From positions 60,922,289 to 60,986,288 of the forward strand of contig NC_068992.1 of assembly GCF_001194135.2 (NCBI RefSeq): a stretch of DNA of 64,000 bases, read 5' to 3'. This DNA comes from Octopus bimaculoides. Its lineage: Eukaryota. The translations under genes were made by a program, and so were the position numbers. Below the pieces are notes generated by a model. That model saw only the letters and a list, made by a program, of their open reading frames with translations, had not been told where the DNA came from and searched no databases. This document shows, piece by piece, positions 13,050 to 25,573 of the stretch; the first letter of the stretch is position 1, and every line of letters begins with the position of its first letter.

Positions 13050-13086
13050 TCTTTCTGTTGAAGAGCGTAGCTCGAAACGTCAAAGA
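13050..13086 (+). ncRNA. Minimal type I hammerhead-ribozyme-like motif (copy 1), Penelope-type repeat end
   Basis: TCTTT-CTGTTGA-A-GAGC(GTA)GCTC-GAAA-C-GTC-AAAGA: stem I 5 bp, stem II 4 bp, palindromic loopless stem III. Confidence 0.5.
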
Positions 13087-13369
13087 CTTTCCGTATTCNN
13101 NNNNNNNNNNNNNNNNNNNNNNNNNNNNNNNNNNNNNNNNNNNNNNNNNNNNNNNNNNNNNNNNNNNNNNNNNNNNNNNNNNNNNNNNNNNNNNNNNNNN
13201 NNNNNNNNNNNNNNNNNNNNNNNNNNNNNNNNNNNNNNNNNNNNNNNNNNNNNNNNNNNNNNNNNNNNNNNNNNNNNNNNNNNNNNNNNNNNNNNNNNNN
13301 NNNNNNNNNNNNNNNNNNNNNNNNNNNNNNNNNNNNNNNNNNNNNATATATATATAATACATATAAACG

Positions 13370-13535
13370 ACGGGCTTTCACACGGTTTCCATGGGCGAAA
13401 CAAATTCAGTCATCAGAGCGTTGGTCGGCCCGGGGCTATGGTAGAGTTTCTCCAACAAACCGCGCTGTGGAAGCCCACCCGAAACCATGTGGTTGCGAAG
13501 TGAGCTTCTTAACCACACAGCCAATGCCTGCGCCT
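13370..13535 (-). mobile_element. Family A SINE head
   Basis: Reverse complement of GGCTGTGTGGTTAAGAAGCTC..CAACCACATGG..ATAGCCCCGGGCCGACC. Confidence 0.75.
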
Positions 13536-13794
13536 GTGTTGGACACTTGAAGAGAAATAAATATAAGAAAAAAAGGAAAAAGAAAAACAAGACAAAACAA
13601 AAAAAAGCTGATCCCAGTCAGGGTCGTTAGCGAGTCTGAAGGTTATATTTATCCATCTAAGACATTCTCACCTTAAAGATGTGTCCTTGTAAAGTGATTA
13701 ACAATGTGCTGTTTGACAAGCAAGCTGAAAATACAGAAGAAAAATCAAAAGGAACAAAACACACCACTTTCTCTATCTATCTATCTATCTATCC

Positions 13795-13828
<34 letters not shown>

Positions 13829-14325
13829 TTGTCTATCAATCTATTTATCTATCTATTTGACTCCTTCCTCTTCTGCTTTTCCTTATATTCTGTGCTTTGG
13901 GAATTATCTTGTGCAAACTTGTGACAGACACTTGCTATTTACGAAGCCTTAAGGCAAACCCACTCACACTCACTGCTCGCCATACTGCGGTTATATGTGT
14001 GCATGTAAGAATGTCTGTAGACGAGTGAGTGTGTGTGCGTGTATATGTGTGTATGTGTGGTGCGTGTGTGTGGTGCGTGTGTGTGTGCATGTGTGTGATG
14101 ATGGGCCAACGTGCAGGAGTGTGTATATTCATTGTGTACTTGTTTCTTTTAGTGTGAAGACATGTATGTATGCATGTATGTATGTATGCAAGCTTGTAAC
14201 TATATATACACATATATATACACAAATGCATATATCTGTGTGCATATATAGAGAGAGAGAAAGAGAGAGAAATACATATATACATATATGTATATACATA
14301 TACGTATGGAAACACATACAAACAC

Positions 14326-14374
<49 letters not shown>

Positions 14375-14384
14375 NNNNNNNNNN

Positions 14385-14469
<85 letters not shown>

Positions 14470-14480
14470 GGCAGACAGAC

Positions 14481-14537
<57 letters not shown>

Positions 14538-14629
14538 TGTATGCTTGTATGTGGAAACATGCATATATTTATATGAAACAAATAATAGAGAGAGAGAGAG
14601 AGAGGTGGGAGATCCTATAATAATAATAA

Positions 14630-15065
14630 TGACAATGGTTTCACATGTTGGCACAAAGGCAGCAATTTTGAGGGAGGGGTTAAGTCAATTACATCGACCC
14701 CAGTACTCAACTAGTACCTATGAGGGGGTACTGGAAAGTTCCTGGCTTTTGGGTAAAGGGAAATACGGGAGGATCAGTTAACAGTGATTTTATTCCACAT
14801 ATTCTCTGAGGCTCACTCATTTATGGCCGTGATCCTTCAGTTTTTCTAAGTCTTGTAAAAGAACTCGGAAGTGTGGGATTCCAACCTGGCCTTTCGCGAT
14901 ACCCTTAAAGTGAGGAACTTTTCAGCACCCCCTCGTATTTTATCGACCCCGGAAGTATGAAAGGTAAAGTCGACCTCGGTGAAATTTGAACCAAGAACGT
15001 AAAGAACCGGAAGAAATGCGAAGAAACTCCGCTAAGCATTTTGATGAAAGGTGTATGAGTTGTTA
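14630..15065 (-). mobile_element. Family C SINE interrupted by a MITE
   Basis: The SINE core (TTACATCGACCCCAGTACT..GTACC|TA|TTTTATCGACCCCGG) is split at a TA by the insertion 14721-14935. Confidence 0.8.
14721..14935. mobile_element. Tc1/mariner-type MITE, 215 bp, TA target-site duplication
   Basis: TIRs TGAGGGGGTACTGGAAAGTTCC and GGAACTTTTCAGCACCCCCTCG, with TA at 14719-14720 and 14936-14937. Confidence 0.9.
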
Positions 15066-16083
15066 GAAAACGATAAAAGTTAATTTAAACTGATACAAGA
15101 ATGACTGCAAATGGCTACATGGGTGAAGGCAATGTTTTAATAAAGTCCACATATGTGTACAAGATTAGTTGGTTGTACTATTCCAATCAATCCCTAAAGC
15201 TATGCTTTTTTTCATCATTACTCAAACCTTTTATTTGTCATATGACGTTTGTTTTTTTAATTTCTTTATACAATATAATGCTTGTGCCGCCACCATCAAC
15301 TCAACCACCACCACCACTATACTATCTACTCCTCCTACTACTGCTACTACTACTACTACCCCCACCTCTAACAGCACATACTACTATTACTACTACTACT
15401 ACTACTACCGCGGACAAACAGAAACATATCAATAAAACAGTAATGTTATATTTTGTATTAATTCTTTCGTTTATTTTCTTTTATTTCTTGGTCTTCAATT
15501 TCCTGGAGTTTATTTTCTGAAAAATAAAAATTCATTGACTGCGAAAACGTAAATCAATTATAAAGATCATTAAAAAAAGGGGGTCATAGACTATATTTTT
15601 TTCTATATAGATTTGTAATAACAATTATAAGTATTTCTACTTTTCTAGAAACTAACTTCTTCCATGCTTCTCTGGAACGTTTCCAAACGACGCATGCTCT
15701 ATGCTCTATCAATCTGATTCATTAAAACTTTCTAATTTATAGCAAACGTAATACGGCGAAAGAAGAGAAGAAGAAAACAACAAGTGAATATTTCGATTTT
15801 AATGTTACGGTTGTTTATTTGCGTTTTACCCTTGAGGGCTAAGGAATGGCGATAAAACAAACAGTGGGAGACTTCTTAGAGTTAGTTCTACACTTATTAG
15901 CCTCATACAAACAATTTGCTCTACAGTTATTTCTGACAATCGTTAAAAGCCGGATCGATAGCCACCAATAAAGAGGTATGCTGATGTGTTGGTATGTTAG
16001 TATATTTAGAACAGGGCGATCTATATGCAATACATACATACATACGTGCGTACGTGAGTTCGCACATATATATACATGCATCC

Positions 16084-16138
<55 letters not shown>

Positions 16139-16719
16139 NNNNNNNNNNNNNNNNNNNNNNNNNNNNNNNNNNNNNNNNNNNNNNNNNNNNNNNNNNNNNN
16201 NNNNNNNNNNNNNNNNNNNNNNNNNNNNNNNNNNNNNNNNNNNNNNNNNNNNNNNNNNNNNNNNNNNNNNNNNNNNNNNNNNNNNNNNNNNNNNNNNNNN
16301 NNNNNNNNNNNNNNNNNNNNNNNNNNNNNNNNNNNNNNNNNNNNNNNNNNNNNNNNNNNNNNNNNNNNNNNNNNNNNNNNNNNNNNNNNNNNNNNNNNNN
16401 NNNNNNNNNNNNNNNNNNNNNNNNNNNNNNNNNNNNNNNNNNNNNNNNNNNNNNNNNNNNNNNNNNNNNNNNNNNNNNNNNNNNNNNNNNNNNNNNNNNN
16501 NNNNNNNNNNNNNNNNNNNNNNNNNNNNNNNNNNNNNNNNNNNNNNNNNNNNNNNNNNNNNNNNNNNNNNNNNNNNNNNNNNNNNNNNNNNNNNNNNNNN
16601 NNNNNNNNNNNNNNNNNNNNNNNNNNNNNNNNNNNNNNNNNNNNNNNNNNNNNNNNNNNNNNNNNNNNNNNNNNNNNNNNNNNNNNNNNNNNNNNNNNNN
16701 NNNNNNNNNNATATATATA

Positions 16720-16935
16720 GGAGGGGAGGATTCACAAAAAAAAAACAAAAGACGAAGACAGGTGATGTAGACAACAAACAGATGTATTAGTTTAACGCTC
16801 GAAAAGTGAAGAAGTCTTTAACGTTTCGAGCTTACGCTCTTCCACAAAAAGGAACACGGAAAGAAACAAGGAGAGAAAATAAAGAACGTGTAGTGGCTAG
16901 CGATCTATCATTGCGAATGCCGGACAGAGGGCTCA
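16720..16935 (-). mobile_element. Penelope-like 3' end repeat containing hammerhead-like motif copy 2 (16816-16851)
   Basis: The minus strand reads CTTT-TTGTGGA-A-GAGC(GTAA)GCTC-GAAA-C-GTT-AAAG. The flanks are homologous to 55472-55660. Confidence 0.6.
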
Positions 16936-17113
16936 CACAGAAGAGCTAGGAAGAAGGGGAGATAATAAAGTAGTGGTGATACCAAAACGAAGGTGCACGT
17001 GCGTTTGTATAAGAGAGTATGTATGTGCGTGTGTAGTAATACTAATGGTAAGACAACAAAAGAAAGAAAGAGACTCCGATATTATGTAAATAGAGAAATT
17101 TATCTGTAATGTA

Positions 17114-17260
17114 ATATGTGACAATTATTCGGTTGCCATAATAAAACTCCGAGTTTCGGATGTCGAGGCGGAAACCTGTACCGGCATCTCTTCGGTTATC
17201 AAGGCAATTAAAATCCGAAAATCAGAGTTTTATTATGGCAACCGAATAGTTGTCACATAT
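17114..17260. mobile_element. Short palindromic MITE-like element (~48 bp arms)
   Basis: ATATGTGACAATTATTCGGTTGCCATAATAAAACTC pairs with GAGTTTTATTATGGCAACCGAATAGTTGTCACATAT. Confidence 0.8.
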
Positions 17261-18004
17261 CATATTACTGAAAACTATTATATTATATTACTGAAACCTA
17301 TTCACAACCTTGAATTCTTTATCTCATTCTGTCAATTAGATATGTATATATATATATATNNNNNNNNNNNNNNNNNNNNNNNNNNNNNNNNNNNNNNNNN
17401 NNNNNNNNNNNNNNNNNNNNNNNNNNNNNNNNNNNNNNNNNNNNNNNNNNNNNNNNNNNNNNNNNNNNNNNNNNNNNNNNNNNNNNNNNNNNNNNNNNNN
17501 NNNNNNNNNNNNNNNNNNNNNNNNNNNNNNNNNNNNNNNNNNNNNNNNNNNNNNNNNNNNNNNNNNNNNNNNNNNNNNNNNNNNNNNNNNNNNNNNNNNN
17601 NNNNNNNNNNNNNNNNNNNNNNNNNNNNNNNNNNNNNNNNNNNNNNNNNNNNNNNNNNNNNNNNNNNNNNNNNNNNNNNNNNNNNNNNNNNNNNNNNNNN
17701 NNNNNNNNNNNNNNNNNNNNNNNNNNNNNNNNNNNNNNNNNNNNNNNNNNNNNNNNNNNNNNNNNNNNNNNNNNNNNNNNNNNNNNNNNNNNNNNNNNNN
17801 NNNNNNNNNNNNNNNNNNNNNNNNNNNNNNNNNNNNNNNNNNNNNNNNNNNNNNNNNNNNNNNNNNNNNNNNNNNNNTGGTATATAAACATTGTATTTTG
17901 AGAAATAACCGGTTTCGTGTTGTCTTTTCAAATTTCTCTACTTCATTGTGTCGTGTTCGTTCCAGTCTGAGAAAGAAGAGTTCTAGATAGGGGGAGGTAA
18001 TTAG

Positions 18005-18060
<56 letters not shown>

Positions 18061-19996
18061 CAGTATAATCAGTATATGTGTGCGAGAGCGCAAATGTACA
18101 CTTATGTGTATACGAATAAACTTACATTTGTACGTGTTGTGTGCATGCGAATAAACTTGCACTTGGGTAATGGGTGTGTGTATTAGGTAAGCACACAAGT
18201 GTATGTGTGTTTCGTTACTATTTATATTCATGTGTAAATATTCCATATGTATATCTGATTGTATGCATAAGTTCACCCAGAAACTGCAAATGGAGAATCC
18301 CTGAAAATTTCCACTGCGCCTCTAATCAACTGTATTTGCTCTGTTTTTTTTTTCTATACATGTATCTATACATATATATATGAGTGTGGGGGGGGGATGA
18401 GTGTGTGCATGCGTGCATGCGTCCATGTATGTATGTATGTATGTATGTATGTACGTATGTATGCATGCATGTGTGTGCTGGTTATGACATTAAACTGCAT
18501 TCGTTGGTGAGGTTTCAGTTCGGGAGTTCGGGAGTTGTGGAAAACGTGTAGACATTCCTTAATTATCATTACTGCCAGGCCTGTTCTCACCTGAAACGAT
18601 TAGTACTCATCAAGGTCCCGGGATAAATAAGTCTCCCAGGGGTAGAGTAAGGATCACGCTCCCGTTTTTTTGTTTTGTTTTTTTTAGCCAAGCCGTCTGC
18701 AAGGCAGCTCTTCCAGGAGAAGGATACTCTGACATCAAACTTGCAGTCAAAACGGGTCATTTAGCAATACTTGTCATTCGAACCTACATCGGTGACGAGA
18801 GAGTGATAAAAGTGCGGGCATGGAACCTTGGCTTTTGTTACTGAAATCCAATGATGTATTGATATCCCAATATCATTTCATATCTTGATCCGTTTTGATT
18901 TTTATTAAGTCCCACGGCAATGGATGCGTGGTGAGTTGTAACGCACATGCAAGAATGAAAGTAAAGCAGAACAACCAGGCTGAATGTTAGACGTATGCAT
19001 GTATACTCAACATGTATGTATGTATGTTCGATTCCAAATAAGTTGAAATCGTCTACTAAAGAAGTAACTGATTTATAGCAAAGATACAAAACTCCATCGT
19101 TGGAACCTAGACAACAAAAACCAAATTCACATTTTGAACTTGAGAAGCCTTGCATAAATGTTACTGTTCCGCTTTCAGAGTGTATTTGTAAGGTGCATGC
19201 TAAAAGGTTGATTTCTTCCTTAAAACTCTATCTTATCCAGATTGTCACACACGCACGTATGCGTGTGTGAGGGAGCGTGCTGATATTTGTATATGAATAG
19301 ATATATAGGCTGGTGTTATTGAATAAAAATTTCTTATTTTCCTTTCTCAGTAAACTGGCATGAAACAAGCATCTAAGCAATTCTATTTCCCTGTTGTTAT
19401 ATTTCTAATAGTATTAGCATTTCCTGATTTCAATATTACATGTAAATAGATCCATAAGTATTCGACTTCACGGTTCATTATGAAATTATAGTACTTACTA
19501 TTCCCGAAAAACATTTATACATTTTTTGTACGTTTGTGAACACATTAAGTTAATGAAAACGTGCATAGTACTGGACGAAAGTACAAGTGCTCAATTCTGT
19601 AAGTATCTAGTTATTGTAATTATATCAGTAAATAAGTACATTGGTGTGCGAAATCATTTATTGTATGAATTTATAAATTAATGTCTACGCGTTGTCGTTT
19701 ATCAATATTCTGTGTTGGCATAGAATCTTCAACAATGATATTGATTTTACAAATATACATTCATACATTCAAATGTGTGTGTGTGTGTGTGTGTGCGTAC
19801 ATGCACGTGTGTGCATGTATGTATTTTTGTATGTACATATATATATACATATATATATATGCAAACGTACATACGTACGTACATATATGTGTGTGTGTGT
19901 ATGTATATGTATATATGTATATATATCTATATATGTATGCATATATATGTATATATATACATATACATATATATATACATATATATATATACATAC

Positions 19997-20027
<31 letters not shown>

Positions 20028-21488
20028 CATATACATACACACACACACACACACATGGAAATTTATATGCGTTTTGATGTTTAAACGTGAGGAAAAACTT
20101 ACTCTGTACATACCGTACAGTTTCTTCAAACCTAAAGTTTGCCCACTAACACTACTCTGAGTTTCCTGTCTCACCGTCGCTGTAAAACTGGAAGCGAGAA
20201 ACGCAGAGTAGCTGCAAAGGAAAGCTCCAGTTTCAAATGAATATGATGAAATAAATTCCTCTCTACAGGGAAAGAATTCTACCTTTACAAGAAAGTGGTC
20301 TACTGGGTTGCTTTCCTGTTTGACAGTAGGAACTACATAGGAGTTACAACCAATGGTTTGAAAGAGAGTTTCATTCTGCATATGTATTTCTCGAAGTTCA
20401 GTGACAATCTCATCCTGTCTTAACTGAAGATTTAAGCACCAGGGAAATGACCTGTCTAGCAACATCTGAAGTATATTGAACAAGAAGCCCCTCCTTATTT
20501 GCCTGGAGATCATTTGCCTCCTGTGTCTGAGTAACTATATATTTTGAAACAGTTCTTTGTATTTCTCAACCACAAATCTGAGATTTTTTATTGCTGCCAC
20601 AAGCAGAGTTCCTTATTAACTAGTTTAGATCATTAGTTTATGGAACATTTTCATAATTTTACTGACATTTTTATTCTAAGCTCTAACAACTCGATGGAAA
20701 TTCTGAAGAAAACAAAGACTACTCTTATATATTGCGCTGGAGTAGTCCCCTATTCAGCTGACGATATTCAATTGTGCTTAGAAAACATAGCTGATATCTT
20801 TCAGTCATCCAAATACTTTCTCTATCACATGTTTTGAAGTGAAAAATAGAAACAAACTTTACGCATCATCTGGATTGAATATTCTATCGGATTAGGATCA
20901 CAGCTTTCATGTGTGGTTGCTGAGCATAAAGCATCAGCTTAACAAATAATTTACTTCCATCTATGCGTAGTTACATCGAGATTGAAAGCACAAAGCTTTA
21001 CTTTACTGGCGCTTCCCTCGTTGTTATGTCATCTCATATACCTCTGATAATGTATATATAAACAAACGGAAAATAAACGTTGAGAATCGTGTTTTTCACA
21101 AAATAAATAGGAAATATGAGGTCAACACCCTGAAAACGTGTTTGTTTTCTTTTATTCATATTATTGTATTTCTAAACTTCTAGACATGTCATCTCCGAAT
21201 GAGTTAGGCTTTACAGACAATTTCAAATTATCTAAGCGTCTATTCTTACCAAACAAGTAAGTAATGATCAATGTGATTTAGAAATTCGACCGCAAAAGTT
21301 AAAGAAGTATACCTCATTACTACAACTGGTGTATTACCTATGCATGTGCAACACTCTCCCACCGGCTAATCATGCGCTTATAACAAAGAGCAACACCATA
21401 ATAAACTACATCATATATGTGTGTGTGTATGCGTGTGTAAACATAAATATATATATATACTATATATTTATATACATAGATATGTATG

Positions 21489-21529
<41 letters not shown>

Positions 21530-21916
21530 CCATAATAGCTATGTATGTATGTACGTATGTATGTACGTACGTATGTATGTATGCATGCATGTATGTAGCA
21601 TATTATATATTTGCATACAGACTACACACGGCAATAACCCTGTCTCCCATCACACGACAACAAATACTGCTCCACTATACAAACTAGCAAAAGAATTACT
21701 GCCGGGATACACTTCACAGTCACAACTAGAAAACTACATCTAGATTGTCATGATCACAGGTGCTTGAGCAAACAAAGCCTCCTACACATCACAGTTTGTC
21801 TTCGTTATTCTCTTTGTTTTCCTTTAACTTTGGAACAGAAGTGTAAAAAAAAAAAACATCATAAAACCTTGACTTCAGTACACACAGGAAACTAACATTT
21901 ATTTTCTTTTAAAACC

Positions 21917-22097
<181 letters not shown>

Positions 22098-22289
22098 GAG
22101 AGCTGTCAGTTGGCAGCTCATTAGAGAATCTGGCGATACTTTATTTTTATCAACCCGAGAGGGATGAAATGCAAAGTTGACCCTAACGAGAATTAAACTC
22201 CGAAAGTAAATTAGCTGGAATAAAATCCACAAAGCATATTGTCTTATGCGCTATCGATTCTGTCAATTCACAACTCACGTAGTATGATG

Positions 22290-22362
<73 letters not shown>

Positions 22363-22394
22363 TAATAATGATAATAATGATAATAATAATAATA

Positions 22395-22459
22395 ATAGAA
22401 AAAAAATGCTTTCTAATTGATGTATCAATATCAGCAGATGACAACGTTTCTCTAAAAGA
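22395..22459 (+). mobile_element. 5'-truncated R4/Dong-like retroelement starting right after a (TAA)n tract and running into an N gap
   Basis: EKKCFLIDVSISADDNVSLK matches the C.LID..IP.D.N...KE motif. (TAA)n lies upstream (22287-22396) and after the gap (22848-22868). Confidence 0.65.
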
Positions 22460-23319
22460 NNNNNNNNNNNNNNNNNNNNNNNNNNNNNNNNNNNNNNNNN
22501 NNNNNNNNNNNNNNNNNNNNNNNNNNNNNNNNNNNNNNNNNNNNNNNNNNNNNNNNNNNNNNNNNNNNNNNNNNNNNNNNNNNNNNNNNNNNNNNNNNNN
22601 NNNNNNNNNNNNNNNNNNNNNNNNNNNNNNNNNNNNNNNNNNNNNNNNNNNNNNNNNNNNNNNNNNNNNNNNNNNNNNNNNNNNNNNNNNNNNNNNNNNN
22701 NNNNNNNNNNNNNNNNNNNNNNNNNNNNNNNNNNNNNNNNNNNNNNNNNNNNNNNNNNNNNNNNNNNNNNNNNNNNNNNNNNNNNNNNNNNNNNNNNNNN
22801 NNNNNNNNNNNNNNNNNNNNNNNNNNNNNNNNNNNNNNNNNNNNNNNAATAATAATAATAATAATAATATTGCTTGTCAGTTGTTTGACCTTAACCAGTT
22901 GAGCATGTCCCTTGGTGGCTGACGATATGTGCATCTCTGATCATGAGCAGAAGCAGTGGGGGAGCATCATAGCCATGTGTTGAGAGGAATTCTTTGGGGT
23001 TTGAATAATTCACCTTTGGAAACATGGGTGTTTTGCTCAACATCCTTAAACAAACCTTATTCAGGACCTTTTGAGCGGGATGGGCTACTTGACCCGAAGA
23101 AAATTCTAACTGGGCCCTACCTGTGTGGTCATGCGCTGTTTATCTTGATATGAGATCACCATGTCGTGCACATATGGTTGTGATGCATGTGCCTGGTGTA
23201 CCCTTATCAGACGGGTAGTCATGATGGGTATAATGGGCTTCAGTTTAGAAATAGTAAGGGGAAAATTAACCATTTCCTCTACAAATATGTATAACATACA
23301 GAAAATAAAACTACTGAAC

Positions 23320-23373
<54 letters not shown>

Positions 23374-23375
<2 letters not shown>

Positions 23376-23580
23376 ATGAAACAAATAGGGACTGCAATAA
23401 GAGTATATACAGCAAATAGGAGCTGCAATAAGGGTGTAGCACTTGCAGAAAACAGCACTGCTTGGAACCTCTCGAATACTCCGGATGGTGCTCGAAACAT
23501 AAGGGGTGTTACTTCAGTTCACTGGTAGTGAACAGCTGACTCCGTAGTACACCTCCAGCGTTAGAAGCTTTGCAAAGACA
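23374..23580 (+). mobile_element. 5'-truncated R4/Dong-like retroelement 3' end flanked by (TAA)n on both sides
   Basis: LQKTALLGTSRILRMVLET* at 23443-23502 is the typical QK.ALLGT..ILR.VL C-terminus. TAA tracts lie at 23320-23373 and 23581-23674. Confidence 0.8.
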
Positions 23581-23592
23581 ATAATAATAATG

Positions 23593-23673
<81 letters not shown>

Positions 23674-23679
<6 letters not shown>

Positions 23680-23885
23680 TTCAAATTTTAGCACAAGGAC
23701 AGCAATTTTGAAGCAAGTGGTAAGTTGATTACATCGACCGCAAGGTTCAACAGTTGCTTATTTTAACGACCCCGAAAGGATAAAAGACAATGTCGACCTC
23801 GGATGAATTTGAACTCAGGATGTGAAGATGGACGAAATGCCGCTAAGCATTTTGCCTGGTGTGATAAAGATTCCGCCAGCTTGCA
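23674..23885 (-). mobile_element. Family C SINE
   Basis: Reverse complement of the GCTGGCGGAATC..ATGCTTAGCGGCATTTCGTCC..GAGTTCAAATTC core. Confidence 0.75.
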
Positions 23886-23896
23886 GTTTTGATAAT

Positions 23897-23944
<48 letters not shown>

Positions 23945-23954
23945 AACAACAATG

Positions 23955-24021
<67 letters not shown>

Positions 24022-24449
24022 TAATAATAATAATAATATCTGTGTGTGTGTGTTTGTTTGTTTGTTTGGGGAAGACGGTGTCTGTGTGCGTTTGCAAATC
24101 AGGAGAGGCTTAGTGCAAGTTTTCGATTTCGGAAAGAGAGAGAAAAAAAGAAACAATAGAAATAGAACCAAGTCTGGTTTCAGACTTTCAGTCTTTACAT
24201 CATGCAGAATATTGAGAGCAATACCGAAGAAAACAAATTGTCTTTATAAATTATATAAAGCAAACACTCTAGTTCTGTATTGGTAGGTCATACTTGATCG
24301 ACCATGCTTCATATCTATAGTTAATGGCGTTCCTGACGTAACCACTCCATCTTTCTATTTCAAATATTATGTACCTAGGACTACATTTGTCATTGGGTTG
24401 TTTATTTAATCGGCTGTGACCCGACTATCTTCAAACAATTGAAGCGATG

Positions 24450-24615
24450 ATTTGTTGTCCCCGTAACTTAGTGGTTTGGCGAAAGAGACCGATGGAATCA
24501 ATACTAGGCTTTAAAGAAAAATTACTCGAGGATCGATTTGTTCGACTAAAACCTCTTCAAAGTGGTGTTCTAGCATGGCCGCAGTCCAGTGAATGAAACA
24601 AATATAAGATAAAGA
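24450..24615 (+). mobile_element. Family B SINE tail
   Basis: CCCCGTAACTTAG..GGCGAAAGAGACCGAT..GCATGGCCGCAGTC..GAAACAAATATAAGA. Confidence 0.75.
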
Positions 24616-24644
24616 TGACCTGTGATATTTATTTAAAACACCCC

Positions 24645-24820
24645 CCCAGTCCTACCACCACCGCCAGTCTCCTAGTCTCACTAGTACTCCGTCCTCAATC
24701 CTCCAGTCCCGGTTCCAGTCCCCATCCCCGTCCCCCACTTTCATTCATCCATTCCCAGTCCCCCAGTCCCTCAGTCCCCCGTCCCTAGTCTCCCACACCA
24801 GTCCCCCCCGCCCACACTTT
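24645..24820. repeat. C-rich degenerate (CCAGTCC)n tract
   Basis: About ten CAGTCC/CGTCCC units. The opposite strand has many G-runs. Confidence 0.75.
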
Positions 24821-25537
24821 TTCTGTATCAGTTTAGTACAAAACTTATTGGTATATTTACCAACATTTAGTAGAGTATTTGTTTTGACTTATTATTGATC
24901 TTTTCTTATCTCGATTCTCTTTACTATCTTGATTCCTCCTCCCTCGATACAGACGTCAGTGGCTATTATTTTATAGTTTCTCATTTAGCTTATCATTCTA
25001 GCTTTGAGATGTTATGTATCGTTTGCATGCCAAATGGAAAAGAAAGTTGTATCACATCAGCATTTTTTTGTTTCTTTTTTGCTTGGTTTTTGCCTCTAAT
25101 CATTATATGTATTGCGCATCAGCTAGACAACTTATTTTTATCATTACAAAAGTTGCCTGTCTATATAACAGATCGATATTTATCGTTATATTTTGAGGGT
25201 AAATGTTTCTTTTTTTTTTTTTTCTTGTATGATCAGCGTCGGTTTTCAACTTAAGAAGCCATCCTTGAAAAGAAGAGTGGTTAGCTTACGACTAGATACT
25301 GTATTTGGCTGAACAGTGACGTCACCAAAATATGGTTGCTCTGTATGAAGTGCATTTTATTGTAGCTTATCATTTTCGCAACAGGCAAAAAGCTCAGGGA
25401 TTCTGTATCACTTCTTAAATCATTTGCATGAATAATTCTAAGTTGATAGCTGACATAACTCCAGGGTAATTATGAGTTGCATTAATCTTTTCCTTATTAC
25501 ATTATAGTTATATAATTATCATACATACATACATACA

Positions 25538-25573
<36 letters not shown>

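Noticed and set aside
25316-25325. Perfect CRE palindrome GTGACGTCAC
   Set aside because: A single 8-10 bp motif with no nearby TSS evidence is expected by chance in 64 kb.
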